DNA of 64,000 bases from a virus (IMGVR_UViG_2643221939_000004:22144-86143), one strand, 5' to 3'; counted from the stretch's first letter, positions 1 through 9,837 are shown. The notes: generated by a model from the letters alone, not told the origin. Numbers and translations are program-made.

Positions 1-1383
1 GATCCGCTGTCGCGCACGTTCGGCCAGCCGCGGTTCTACACGATCCAGGGCGCCACAGGCACTCAGGTCAAGGTCCACGCCTCGCGTGTGGTCCGGTTCC
101 TCGGTAACCCGGTTCCTGACGATGCTCATGTCCTGCACCAAGGCTGGGGCGACAGCATCCTCGAGACCGTCAGCCGCGCGCTGAAGGACGCGGAATCGGC
201 AGCCGGCAACATCGCGGAGATGACGCACGAGGCCAAGCTCGACGTGGTCCGCATCCCGAACTTGATGGCCTTCGCGTCTCAGCCCGAATACGAGGCTCGG
301 TTCCTCCGCCGCATGACCCTGGCCGGCATGGCGAAGGGCATCCACAACATGCTCATCCTCGACAAGGAGGAGGAGTGGGAGACCAAGCAGCTGTCTTTCG
401 CGACGCTGCCCGAGGTGCTGGACCGCTTCCTGCAGATCGCTTCAGGCGCGGCCGACATCCCCGCCACGCGCCTTCTGGGCCAGTCGCCGGCCGGCATGAA
501 CGCCACCGGGGAATCGGACCTGATCAACTACTACGATCGGATCAGCGCGGGGCAGAACCTTGAACTCGGCCCGGCCCTGTCGATCCTCGACGAATGCCTG
601 ATCTGGTCCGCGCTCGGCAGCCGGCCGGCGGAGATCCACTACCGCTGGCTCCCGCTCTGGCAGCTGAGCGAGAAGGACAAGGCCGACGTCGGGCTGAAGA
701 AGGCGCAGGCCTTCCAGATCGACGTCAACGGCGGGCTCTTCCCCGACAGCGCCATGTCCAAGGCTCGGCGCAATCAGCTGGTCGAGGACGGCACCTATCC
801 GGGGCTCGAGGCGGCGCTCGACGAGGCTGCGGCGGAAGGCGACGAGATCGACTTCTCCGCCAAGGCTGCAGAGCCCGAGGTCGACCCGGCCGAGACGGCA
901 TCCATCCTGCGCATGCGGGCCGCTGCGAACGATGCGGCGCCCGCCACGCTCTACGTGCACCGCAAGGTGAAGAACGGCGCGGAGATCATCGCCTGGGCCA
1001 AGCGGCAGGGCTTCACCTCCACGCTGGAGGCGTCTGACCTTCACGTCACCATCGCCTTCTCACGCCAACCCGTCGACTGGATGGCCGTTGGCGAGACATG
1101 GGAGAGCGAGATCAAGATCGCTGCTGGCGGACCGCGCCTCATGGAGCAGTTCGGCGAGGCGACCGTGCTTCTCATCTCCTCGCGCTCGCTGAAGTGGCGA
1201 CATGAGGAGATCATCGCGGCGGGCGCGTCGTGGGATCATCCCGAGTACCAGCCGCACATCACGATCAGCTACGGCGGGGCACCGGCGGACCTGACGAAGG
1301 TGCAGGCCTACCAGGGCGAGATCGTGCTCGGGCCGGAGATCTTCGAGCCGCTTGACGAGGACTGGAAGGCGAAGGTGACATGA
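1..1383 (+). CDS. Portal protein (DUF1073-type) with C-terminal Acb1/T4 gp57B-like 2H phosphoesterase; 5'-truncated
   Basis: Frame is open from base 1 (DPLSRTFGQPRFY...HASRVVRF); portal motifs (ADIPATRLLGQSPAGMNATGESD...NYYD); C-terminal LHVTIAFS and PHITISY HxT motifs. Confidence 0.85.
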   Translation, partial: DPLSRTFGQPRFYTIQGATGTQVKVHASRVVRFLGNPVPDDAHVLHQGWGDSILETVSRALKDAESAAGNIAEMTHEAKLDVVRIPNLMAFASQPEYEARFLRRMTLAGMAKGIHNMLILDKEEEWETKQLSFATLPEVLDRFLQIASGAADIPATRLLGQSPAGMNATGESDLINYYDRISAGQNLELGPALSILDECLIWSALGSRPAEIHYRWLPLWQLSEKDKADVGLKKAQAFQIDVNGGLFPDSAMSKARRNQLVEDGTYPGLEAALDEAAAEGDEIDFSAKAAEPEVDPAETASILRMRAAANDAAPATLYVHRKVKNGAEIIAWAKRQGFTSTLEASDLHVTIAFSRQPVDWMAVGETWESEIKIAAGGPRLMEQFGEATVLLISSRSLKWRHEEIIAAGASWDHPEYQPHITISYGGAPADLTKVQAYQGEIVLGPEIFEPLDEDWKAKVT

Positions 1384-1622
1384 CGCTGGTGATCGCTGGA
1401 ATGCGCGTCCCTTCGAACTTCCATGTCTTTCTGAACGGAGAAGCTGTCGCTGACTGTGTGGAGGCAGACGATATTGCCGGTTACGTCATAGTGACCCCTC
1501 GTGATGAGCGCGGGCGCTTGATTATCGAAGGCGAGTGCTACGCTCAACAGCGTAAGACGGGCCGCGTCGAGTTCAGCGTACCGCTCAGCACGCCTGCGCC
1601 CCACTTGGTCGAGCATGGCTGA
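1380..1622 (+). CDS. Hypothetical phage protein
   Basis: ATGA overlap with portal stop. Confidence 0.6.
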   Translation: MTLVIAGMRVPSNFHVFLNGEAVADCVEADDIAGYVIVTPRDERGRLIIEGECYAQQRKTGRVEFSVPLSTPAPHLVEHG

Positions 1623-1848
1623 CGTCGTCGCCTTCACCGGCATCACGAAGCTCGACACGGACCCGGATCGGGTTCTCGCAGAAGCGGCGGATAAGCTCGA
1701 AGGGGTGGTCATTTGCGGCGTCGGCAAGGACGGAGACCTCTACTTCGCATCGTCATTCGCCGATGGCGCTGACGTGCTGTGGTGGATGCGCCGTGCCGAG
1801 CATGCGCTGATGAAGATCACCGACGCTCTGGAGAGCGGCGAAAGCTGA
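1615..1848 (+). CDS. Hypothetical phage protein
   Basis: Coupled ORF with typical codon usage. Confidence 0.7.
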   Translation: MADVVAFTGITKLDTDPDRVLAEAADKLEGVVICGVGKDGDLYFASSFADGADVLWWMRRAEHALMKITDALESGES

Positions 1849-1858
1849 CGGGGCTGGA

Positions 1859-2689
1859 ATGCAGACCTTCAACCTCGCCCGCCTCGCTGCCGCCAAGACC
1901 CGCCGCGCCTCCGTCACGCTCCCGCCGATCGTGGACAGCGGCGGGGCGCAGAAGGAATATCTCCGCGCAGAGCGGGCCATGCTGCGGGCTCTGGCGGCGC
2001 GGACCATGTCCGACGTTGTCCCGCAGGTGGAAGCCGAGATCGCCCGCCAGAGGTCAGCCCTGACGCAGGACGCGCTCTTCTCGGGCATGTTCGAGACGCT
2101 GAAAGATCTGGCCGTCACGCTCGGCATCATCGCGGAGGGCACGGTCAGCCGCATCCTTGGGCTTGAGGCCGGCCGCCACACCGAGAAGTGGAAGGCCTCT
2201 GTCCGGTCCACGCTGGGCATCGACATCGCTGCGGTCGTCTCGCAGGAGGACTTGGGCGACAAGCTGCAGGACGCGGTGGGGCGCAACGCCTCGCTGATCA
2301 AGAGCCTCGCCAGCGACACCGTCGCGAAGGTGGAGCGGGCCGCCTATGACGCGGTGCTGCAGGGCCAGACGGCCAAGCAGTTCCGCGAGCGCCTGACGGA
2401 GGAGTTCGGGGTCGCCGATCGCCGCGCCAAGGTCATCGCGCGGGATCAGGTCGCCAAGCTGACAAGCGATCTCAACCGCTTTCGGCATGTGCAGGCCGGC
2501 GTCACGTCTTACGCCTGGAGCACGTCGCACGACGAGCGGGTGAGGGCGCGGCACAAGGCTCTTGAGGGCAAGGAATACGAATACGGGAAGCCGACGGACG
2601 CTGAGAACGGCTTGCCACCTGGGCAGCCTATCCAGTGCCGGTGCGTTGCGCGCGGGATCGTCTACTTCGACGGTGAGCGCTTCGACTGA
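1859..2689 (+). CDS. Minor head/head morphogenesis protein (SPP1 gp7 / Mu F family)
   Basis: RAKVIARDQVAKL, W.TS.DERVR..H, PG.PIQCRC motifs. Confidence 0.9.
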   Translation: MQTFNLARLAAAKTRRASVTLPPIVDSGGAQKEYLRAERAMLRALAARTMSDVVPQVEAEIARQRSALTQDALFSGMFETLKDLAVTLGIIAEGTVSRILGLEAGRHTEKWKASVRSTLGIDIAAVVSQEDLGDKLQDAVGRNASLIKSLASDTVAKVERAAYDAVLQGQTAKQFRERLTEEFGVADRRAKVIARDQVAKLTSDLNRFRHVQAGVTSYAWSTSHDERVRARHKALEGKEYEYGKPTDAENGLPPGQPIQCRCVARGIVYFDGERFD

Positions 2690-2913
2690 GGCAGGGGCAG
2701 CGTGTGGCTGGGGCGAGGGCCCTTGCCGAGCAGCGACATGAACGTGTCGAGCTCCTTCATCCCGCCGATATGCGCGATGTCGTTGATGCGAAGGCCGGCC
2801 TGCAGATCGTCCATCTGCACCTGCAGCCGTCGCACATGGTTCGCCAGGTCGGACAGCCGGCAGTTCTGATCCAAGAGGATCTGCTTCAGCTCTCGGAATT
2901 GCTCGTCGTTCAT
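2662..2913 (-). CDS. Small antisense moron protein (coiled-coil)
   Basis: Fills the gap between head genes; has its own sigma70-like promoter. Confidence 0.6.
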   Translation of the reverse strand: MNDEQFRELKQILLDQNCRLSDLANHVRRLQVQMDDLQAGLRINDIAHIGGMKELDTFMSLLGKGPRPSHTLPLPQSKRSPSK

Positions 2914-2921
2914 GGGCGGCG

Positions 2922-2950
2922 ACGATAGCCGCGATCAAGGACATCGCCAA
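2922..2950 (-). promoter_or_regulatory. sigma70-like promoter for a leaderless moron transcript
   Basis: Minus strand reads TTGGCG-N17-TATCGT-N8-ATG. Confidence 0.55.
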
Positions 2951-4092
2951 TGAAATTCACCGACGCTGCACCGATCGCGGACACGCGACGGACGGCAGAC
3001 GGCTATCTCGTCGCGGACGCGCGCATCGTGCGCACCGGCATCCAGGCCTACACCGGCGCGGAGGTCGGCAAGCCCGATCTCGCCATCGTCCGGGTCTACC
3101 GGCCCGAGGCGGAGGTCTTCGACGCCAAGAGCCTCGCCTCCTTCAGCCATGTCCCGATCACGAACGACCATCCGACGGTCGCGGTCACGGCCGACAACTG
3201 GAAAGACCTGGCAGTCGGGGAGACCAGCGGCGAGGTTCTTCGCGACGGTCACCGCCTGCGCATTCCCCTGATCGTCAAGGATGCCTCCGCCATCGCGTCG
3301 ATCGAGGGCGGGAAGCGCGAGCTTTCCGCCGGATACACCTGCGACCTCGCTTTCGAGAGCGGCAAGACCGCCGACGGCGAGTCCTACGACGCCATCCAGA
3401 AGAACATCCGGGCCAACCACGTCGCGATCGTCGCGCGAGGGCGGGCGGGTGCCGAATGCCGCATCGGCGATGCTGCCGGCGGACCATGGGGCGCCGCCCC
3501 GATCAACGATGCCAATCACTCACAGGAGGGCCGTATGGCCGATGCTCTGCGCAAGGTGATGGTCGACGGGCTGCAGGTCGAGACGACCGACGCGGGCGCC
3601 GCTGCCATCGAGAAGATCACGAAGGACAAGCAGGCGGTCGAGACCCGTCTCTCGGATGCCGAGAAGGCGCACGTCACCGCGCTCGCGGCCAAGGATGCCG
3701 AACTCGCCAAGAAGGACGCCGCGATCGACGATCTGAAGGGGAAGGTGCTGTCCGACGCCGATCTCGACAAGCGCGTCCAGGACCGCGCGCTGCTCGTCAC
3801 GGTCGCCGGCATGATCGCCAAGGACGTGAAGACCGCGGGCCTCTCGGATGCTGCGATCAAGAAGGCCGTCGTCGTCGCCAAGCTCGGGGATGCCGCAGTG
3901 GCCGGCAAGTCCGACGCCTACTTCGACGCGCGTTTCGACATCCTCGCGGAGGACGCCGCCAAGGCCGACCCGCTGCGCGATGCACTGCTCGGCCAGCCGC
4001 AGCCCGTCACCGACGCTGCCGTTCCCGAAGCTGCCTGGAAGGCGATGGTCGCCGACATGCAGGCCGCGTCCCGTCCCTCCAAGGCCGCCTGA
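2950..4092 (+). CDS. DUF2213 prohead protease/scaffold
   Basis: TADGYL...ARIVRTGIQ.Y, PITNDHP, RELSAGY, NHVAIV.RGRAG motifs. Confidence 0.9.
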   Translation: MKFTDAAPIADTRRTADGYLVADARIVRTGIQAYTGAEVGKPDLAIVRVYRPEAEVFDAKSLASFSHVPITNDHPTVAVTADNWKDLAVGETSGEVLRDGHRLRIPLIVKDASAIASIEGGKRELSAGYTCDLAFESGKTADGESYDAIQKNIRANHVAIVARGRAGAECRIGDAAGGPWGAAPINDANHSQEGRMADALRKVMVDGLQVETTDAGAAAIEKITKDKQAVETRLSDAEKAHVTALAAKDAELAKKDAAIDDLKGKVLSDADLDKRVQDRALLVTVAGMIAKDVKTAGLSDAAIKKAVVVAKLGDAAVAGKSDAYFDARFDILAEDAAKADPLRDALLGQPQPVTDAAVPEAAWKAMVADMQAASRPSKAA

Positions 4093-4106
4093 AGGAGACC
4101 CTGATC

Positions 4107-4586
4107 ATGGCAACGCTTCAGACCACCTATGGCGGCACGCCTCCGAAGGGCCTCAAGGGCCAGATCGCGAACGAGGAGAGCTGCAACAAGATCAGCCGCT
4201 CCGTCGAGAACGCGGCCGGCATCAAGTTCGGCCAGCCCGTCCAGCGTGGCGCCGGCGATCATGGCGTCGTCCCGTTCGCGGCCGGCGGCAAGTTCATGGG
4301 CTTCGCGGTCCTGAACCCGGCGGTCCCGCCCGTTTCGCCCGGCGCCACGCTGGTCGACGGCTACCCGCAGTTCTTCACCGGCGCCTTCATGACCCGCGGT
4401 CAGATGTACCACGTCGCCGGCGGCACCGTCGCGGACGGCGATCCCGTCTACTACGACACGGTCAATGACCGGGTGGTGGCGGCGGCTGGCACGGGCATCG
4501 TCGGCCCGTTCCCCGAGACCTTCTTCGACACCTCCGGCGCGGCCGGTGCCGTCGTCGAGTTCAGCACCAAGAACCGGAGCGCCTGA
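4107..4586 (+). CDS. Head decoration/cement protein
   Basis: AAGGAG RBS, MATLQTTY start, lies between DUF2213 and capsid genes. Confidence 0.8.
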   Translation: MATLQTTYGGTPPKGLKGQIANEESCNKISRSVENAAGIKFGQPVQRGAGDHGVVPFAAGGKFMGFAVLNPAVPPVSPGATLVDGYPQFFTGAFMTRGQMYHVAGGTVADGDPVYYDTVNDRVVAAAGTGIVGPFPETFFDTSGAAGAVVEFSTKNRSA

Positions 4587-4588
4587 TC

Positions 4589-5566
4589 ATGAACATGCAA
4601 CGCCAGGCCTTCGCAGACGCGCAGGCAGCGTACCCCTTCGTCCTCGCGCAGGGGCGCAACATCGAGACGCGGATCTATCAGCGCCGCTACCCGACCTTCA
4701 ACTACGCGGCCCATGTGCCCGTGGTCACGGAAGGCAACGAGTGGGCGATCGGAACCACGTTCTTCACGATCGACACCGCGGGCGAGGCCAAGTTCCTCTC
4801 CGGCGCCGGCACCGACATGCCGTTCAACCAGGCGACCCGCGATCAGGCGAGCCAGGACTTCGCCATGATCGGCTCCGGCTGGGAATGGAACATTGAGGAG
4901 GTCAATCAGGCGGCCCTTTACGGGATCAACCTGAACGACACGAAGGCGATCTCCGCGGCGGACAAGGTCGAGCGCCTGCTCAACTCCGTTGCCATGGTTG
5001 GCGCCGCCGAGAAGGGCTGGACCGGCTTCGCGAACAACCCGCTGGTGACGCGCATCGATGTTCCTGCCAACGGCACGGGCTCGTCTCGGCTCTGGTCTAC
5101 CAAGACGGTCGATCTGATTCTGAACGACATCAACAACCTGCTCGCCAGCATCCGCAGCAACACAGCTGAAACGGAGTGGGCGGACAGCGTGCGTCTGCCG
5201 CCGGATGCCTTCCGGCTGCTCTCGACCATCCGCGTCGGCTCCGGTGACTTCCTCATCAGCGGGCTCGAGTATCTGCAGAAGGGGAACATCTACACGGCCG
5301 AGACCGGACAGGCGCTCGACATCAAGCCGCTTCGTGAACTCGGCGCAGCCGGCGCCGGCGGCACGGGCCGGATGGTCGCTTACCGCAAGGACCCGGAGGT
5401 TCTGCGCTTCCATCTCCCGATGCCGCGGCGGGTTCTGCCGACCCGTCAGAAGTCCATCATGGGCTTCGAGACCGGCATCATCGCGCGCACCGGTGGCACG
5501 GAAGTCCGTCTCCCCGGCGCCATGGCCTACGCGGACGGTATGTCGCCGGCCCCGAGCGTTCAGTAA
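4589..5566 (+). CDS. Major capsid protein (DUF2184 type)
   Basis: 325 aa; RMVAY.KDP...RFHLPMP and GG.EVR.P.A motifs; synteny. Confidence 0.9.
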   Translation: MNMQRQAFADAQAAYPFVLAQGRNIETRIYQRRYPTFNYAAHVPVVTEGNEWAIGTTFFTIDTAGEAKFLSGAGTDMPFNQATRDQASQDFAMIGSGWEWNIEEVNQAALYGINLNDTKAISAADKVERLLNSVAMVGAAEKGWTGFANNPLVTRIDVPANGTGSSRLWSTKTVDLILNDINNLLASIRSNTAETEWADSVRLPPDAFRLLSTIRVGSGDFLISGLEYLQKGNIYTAETGQALDIKPLRELGAAGAGGTGRMVAYRKDPEVLRFHLPMPRRVLPTRQKSIMGFETGIIARTGGTEVRLPGAMAYADGMSPAPSVQ

Positions 5567-5578
5567 GGAGCGGCGGAC

Positions 5579-6106
5579 GTGAAGATCACGAACAACTCCA
5601 AGGCCCTGCAGGGCATTCATACGGCAGACGGTGGTGTTGCGTATCTCGCGCCGGGCGAGACGCGCGAACTCAGCGTCTTCAAGCGCGACAAGAAGGCGAT
5701 CGACGACGCACCGTTCCTTACCGCCGAAGGAGACTACGCGCCGAATCCTGACGAGCCGCCGCAGCCTCCTGAGACAAGCAAGGTGGAGCCAGAAGCGATC
5801 CTCGCGGCAATCGCCAGCCTGCGAGAGGACGTTTTCAGCAGGGTGGACGCTTTGAACGGTGTCGTTGAGAACTTGGGTGCGCGGTTGATCGCATCCCAAG
5901 AGACTTCGGAGAACGGCTCGGCTCCGAACACCGGTGCCCCAGCCACGAGCGTCTATGCGGTCGTCGGCAAGGCTGGCGGCTGGAACGTCGTGACGAAGGA
6001 TGGCGTGCCCGTCACTAAGTCCCTCCGCGACGAGGCGGTGAAGGACTTCGACGCCAAGTCCGAAGACGACAAGGCCTCCTTCGTCGAGGCCAACAAGCCC
6101 GACTGA
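5579..6106 (+). CDS. Hypothetical structural-region protein
   Basis: AAGGAG RBS directly after capsid gene. Confidence 0.75.
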   Translation: MKITNNSKALQGIHTADGGVAYLAPGETRELSVFKRDKKAIDDAPFLTAEGDYAPNPDEPPQPPETSKVEPEAILAAIASLREDVFSRVDALNGVVENLGARLIASQETSENGSAPNTGAPATSVYAVVGKAGGWNVVTKDGVPVTKSLRDEAVKDFDAKSEDDKASFVEANKPD

Positions 6107-6205
6107 CGCGATGGCGGGCAGCCGGTACCATCCCCGCTGCCCGCATCCCTCTGACCTTCCACAACCCGCAACCGGCGGGCGCTTTCGTGCGCATTGGAGA
6201 AGTGA

Positions 6206-7771
6206 ATGGCCCGGTCCTCTCGCATGCGGCTGATGCGTCCGATCAATGGCGGGCCGAATGCGCCTATTCCAGGCTCGTTCTCCCCTGGCGCGGGTGGTGG
6301 GGTTGTTCCCGTCCTGCCGACGCCGGTTCTTTTGGAAGCCTTCGAGAGCCTCACCGGCTTCACCATCGGCGGCAATCCCGTCTCCTCGATCGACGCGACG
6401 ACCAAACTTCGCGGCGCCGGCGCGATCCGGCTGGAAGGGCGCGGCACCGGCACGACGATGACGCTGACGAAGTCGGAGGGCACGATCGACCTCGCAGCCG
6501 ACGACGTTCTGGTCTGGGCGACCCACGTCGAGAAGCCCACGATCGACGCTTATGCAGCCAACATTCAGATCGAGCGCGGCGGTAACGGCACCTATTACGG
6601 GCCTGGCGCGGCGGGCGGGCGGCCCGCCATGCTCTACAACGGCAACCTCGGCACGACGGGCTTTCGGTTCGAGGCTGCAACGGTTCCCGAGTTCGGCTGC
6701 GCTCTCGGCCCCGCAGTCACGAACGTCCGTGCCCGCGACGACTTCGGCGTGACCGGCATTGGCACGGGCCTCAACCCGGTCATTCGTCACGCTGGCCTGT
6801 GGAAGACTAAGGCGTTCCCAGGCACGGTCGTCCTGACCAATGACGATGCCATGGCGAGCTTTCTTGCTAACGTCGCGCCCGCACTGGACGCCGCCGGCAT
6901 CCCAATGTCGCACTATCTGCCGTGGGAACAGGTTGAGGCTGGCGCCGCGGGCAAGGCATCGAAGGCCACATATCAGGCTCGCTACGCCAAGGGCGACGAC
7001 ATCTGCCTCGACGGCCATCCCCTCGACCAGTCGGTCACGACCTATGCCAATCCCGATGCTTGGCTCGCCAAGATGGCGGAAGGCGACCAGTGGCTTGTGA
7101 ACAACGGGTGGACGCGCGGCCGGGGCCACACGACGTTTCCGAACGCCGACAAGGCGATCCTGCCAGCGACGAAGATCGTTGCCGCCGTCACCGCAAACGG
7201 CACGACCACGCTGGCCGTCACGAGCAAAAGCGCCGGCACCATCGCCAACGGTCAGAGCGTTTACGGCTACCTCGTTCCCGCGGGCACGGTCGTCGTAAAT
7301 GCCGCGGATCAGGCCAATCCGATCCTGAACAATCCGATCCCCGCCGGCACGCCGAAGGTGACGTTCATCGACGAGACCGGCGTCTGGGCCGTTGGTCAGG
7401 CGCAGGCCAAGCTCGCCGCGTCCAAGTTCTGGAAGTCCGCGACCACGGGCGTTCGAGGCTCGGGGCAGGACAATGTCATGTTCACCCGCTTCGGGGTTCC
7501 GCAGCCGTTTGACCTCTGGCGCAAGTCGCACACCGACCTGAGCTGGGCTGCGGCACAGCCCGAATACGATCGCGTCGTGGCGACGGGCGGCACGCTGATC
7601 CCGCTGTTCCACGGTTCTTATGCGGGCGCTACGGGTCTCGACACGCCGCCTGAGTTCTTCACGGCCGGCATGATCCCGTGGGCTGCCCCGCTGGTTGCTG
7701 CCGGCAAGCTGCAGTTCCTGACGCTGTCGCAGTGGTGGGCGCGCGACGGCGGCGCGACGGTGCCGGCCTGA
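6206..7771 (+). CDS. Virion-associated protein with polysaccharide deacetylase (NodB)-like domain
   Basis: VVLTNDDA, GIPMSHY, DICLDGH and TLIPLFH resemble CE4 motifs; beta-rich N-terminus. Confidence 0.55.
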   Translation: MARSSRMRLMRPINGGPNAPIPGSFSPGAGGGVVPVLPTPVLLEAFESLTGFTIGGNPVSSIDATTKLRGAGAIRLEGRGTGTTMTLTKSEGTIDLAADDVLVWATHVEKPTIDAYAANIQIERGGNGTYYGPGAAGGRPAMLYNGNLGTTGFRFEAATVPEFGCALGPAVTNVRARDDFGVTGIGTGLNPVIRHAGLWKTKAFPGTVVLTNDDAMASFLANVAPALDAAGIPMSHYLPWEQVEAGAAGKASKATYQARYAKGDDICLDGHPLDQSVTTYANPDAWLAKMAEGDQWLVNNGWTRGRGHTTFPNADKAILPATKIVAAVTANGTTTLAVTSKSAGTIANGQSVYGYLVPAGTVVVNAADQANPILNNPIPAGTPKVTFIDETGVWAVGQAQAKLAASKFWKSATTGVRGSGQDNVMFTRFGVPQPFDLWRKSHTDLSWAAAQPEYDRVVATGGTLIPLFHGSYAGATGLDTPPEFFTAGMIPWAAPLVAAGKLQFLTLSQWWARDGGATVPA

Positions 7772-8538
7772 TGGCCGACATCAAGCCCATCGTCTGGCAC
7801 AGGGACGAAGAGCCGATCGAGGAGAACGGGCACAAAGGCCGCTTCATCCTGCCGCGCCCGCAACGGGATCGATGCTCGACGCGCTTTCCGGCGCCTCCGC
7901 GCGGCCCTATCGTTCGGGACTTCTCCGTGCGCTTCGGCGACTGCTCGGCCAACGAGGCCGCGCAATACGCCGCGAACCTGAACGAGGCGCCGCAACGCGC
8001 CATGGCGGGCTACGACGACGACCAGTACGACCGACGCCGCTTCGACAAGATGCTCCGCGCCGCGACGATGCTCAACCTCCTGCCGGACGCGCCGCAGTTC
8101 CTGCCCGTCCTTCAGCCGGGCTGGCCCTGGTGGGAGATCTTGATCCAGTGGAATGTCAAGCCGCTGCTTCTTGGCGGTCGCTGGCGTTCCCCGTCCGCTG
8201 CTGTCGGCCGCAAGCGCACCGTGGCCGGCGAGTTCCTGATCTTCGACCTCCGCTGCGATCCAGGCGACCCGAAAGAGCAGGGCAAAGAGATCATCCTGCC
8301 GATGATCCCCATCGGCCGCGAACAGTATCATTTGGAGATCATGTTCCTGGACGGTCGCGGCGGCACCGGCTTCTTCCAGGCCAAGCTGAACGGCAAGGTC
8401 GTCTGCGAGTATTGCGGCCCGCTCGGCTATGCCGGCTACGGCCAACCCTACTTGGCGCACGGCATCTACCGTTCGCCGAACTCGCGAGGTCTCACGACTG
8501 TCCGGTACGAAGGTCTAGTCGAGGGCATCGCGGCGTAG
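7771..8538 (+). CDS. Polysaccharide lyase-like / beta-jelly-roll protein
   Basis: TGATG coupling; W.IL.QW, G.FQAKLNGK.V..Y.GP.GY, Y..HGIYR pattern. Confidence 0.55.
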   Translation: MADIKPIVWHRDEEPIEENGHKGRFILPRPQRDRCSTRFPAPPRGPIVRDFSVRFGDCSANEAAQYAANLNEAPQRAMAGYDDDQYDRRRFDKMLRAATMLNLLPDAPQFLPVLQPGWPWWEILIQWNVKPLLLGGRWRSPSAAVGRKRTVAGEFLIFDLRCDPGDPKEQGKEIILPMIPIGREQYHLEIMFLDGRGGTGFFQAKLNGKVVCEYCGPLGYAGYGQPYLAHGIYRSPNSRGLTTVRYEGLVEGIAA

Positions 8539-8753
8539 CTCCCTGGGGCACCGTATCAAGTGCGGTCGCGCCGCGCAGAGTGCTGGTGGGGAACTGCGCG
8601 GCGCTCTTGCGGACCGAGGGTCTCCATCCGCTGATGTTTTCTAGCTGAACGCGATGTCACGTCAACGACTACCAACCGCCACCCCTGCATCATCTGCGGG
8701 CTATCCGCTGCCTCCATTCCGTTCCCGACCTGCCACGCCCGTAAGGAGCCCCC

Positions 8754-8960
8754 ATGGCCTCGACCAACATCACGAACAAGCATGAGGACGCGCTGACCGT
8801 CGGCGGCGTGACAATCCAGCCAGGCCGGACGGCGGCGGTGCCCGACTTCGATATCGCATCCCAGCCCGAACCGATCGCGACATGGGTGAAGCTCGGTCTC
8901 CTCGTGGATGCCGATGCCAAGCCGGCGGCCGAAGAGCCCAAGGGCAAGGCGAAGGACTGA
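8754..8960 (+). CDS. Small structural-region protein
   Basis: AAGGAG RBS; coupled to next gene. Confidence 0.75.
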   Translation: MASTNITNKHEDALTVGGVTIQPGRTAAVPDFDIASQPEPIATWVKLGLLVDADAKPAAEEPKGKAKD

Positions 8961-9358
8961 TGCCCTACGTCGCCCCGACGCTCGCAGAGTTCCGGGCGCG
9001 CTATGCCGAGTTCGCTCCGGTCGGTGACGCGCTCGTGCAGGCGGTGCTCATTGAGGCGCAGGCGTCCGTCTCTACCTCGTGGGTCGAGCGCGACTATGTC
9101 CCGGCCATCTTGCTTCTGACGGCGCACCTCCTCCTGTCTGAGGACGCGATCCAGAAGGCGCAGGGCTCGGTCTCTTACGGCGATTATGCCGGCCCGATCA
9201 CGAAGGAGAAGGTCGGGGAGGTCGAGGTCAGCTATGGCGGGGGCACAGCGGCCTCGTCAGGTGCGTCCGGCGGCTCGGACGACTATTCGTCCACGGAATA
9301 CGGCAAGCGCTTCCTGAGGCTCCTACGGCTGAACTTCGCCGGGCCGATGGTGGCCTGA
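8960..9358 (+). CDS. Head-tail adaptor (DUF4054)
   Basis: FRARY.EF, L.TAHLL, VG.V.VSY, ST.YGKRF motifs. Confidence 0.85.
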   Translation: MPYVAPTLAEFRARYAEFAPVGDALVQAVLIEAQASVSTSWVERDYVPAILLLTAHLLLSEDAIQKAQGSVSYGDYAGPITKEKVGEVEVSYGGGTAASSGASGGSDDYSSTEYGKRFLRLLRLNFAGPMVA

Positions 9359-9837
9359 TGTTCACGGCGCGGGTGGATCGAAACCAGAAGCTGGATGTCG
9401 CTAAGATCGCCGCGCTCCTCAAGGGCCCGACGAAGGTCAAGGTCGGCTTCCCGGCTGGCAAGGTCGAGAGCGATATTGTCCAGCGCGCGGTCTGGAACGA
9501 GTTCGGTACGCGCGGCGGTGCCTCTGGCGGCGGCTGGGGCGGACCGGTGCCGGAGCGGCCCTTCATGCGCAACACGATGCGCGCGAAAAGAGGGAAGTAT
9601 CAGAAGTCGATGGCGGCCGGGGCCAGAGCGATCCTTCGCGGCTCGACGGCGATCGGAGAGGTGCTGCGCGGTCTGGGTGTTTCCGCTCAAGGCGACATGC
9701 AGCATGAGATTTCAACCCTCACCAGTCCTCCAAACAGCCCGGTCACGATCAAGCTGAAGGGCGCCGGCAAGAAGCCTCTGATCGACGAGGGCGACATGAG
9801 GACGAGGCTGACCTTCATGGTGGACGATGGCGCTTGA
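9358..9837 (+). CDS. Neck/tail completion protein
   Basis: A.WNEFGT, P.RPFMR, PPNSP.TI..KG..KPLID motifs. Confidence 0.8.
   Translation: MFTARVDRNQKLDVAKIAALLKGPTKVKVGFPAGKVESDIVQRAVWNEFGTRGGASGGGWGGPVPERPFMRNTMRAKRGKYQKSMAAGARAILRGSTAIGEVLRGLGVSAQGDMQHEISTLTSPPNSPVTIKLKGAGKKPLIDEGDMRTRLTFMVDDGA

Noticed and set aside
3456-4106. N-terminal extensions in the ORF track (e.g. 3456, 22554, 39656, 42747, 44148, 44351, 53941, 56677)
   Set aside because: They overlap upstream genes in other frames; the true starts are downstream, with RBS or stop-start coupling
4451-7612. 1053-aa minus-strand ORF, and similar long ones at 38430-40706, 41302-43299, 48983-50740 and 54968-57733
   Set aside because: Antisense shadows of real high-GC genes; Arg-rich, with no motifs or RBS
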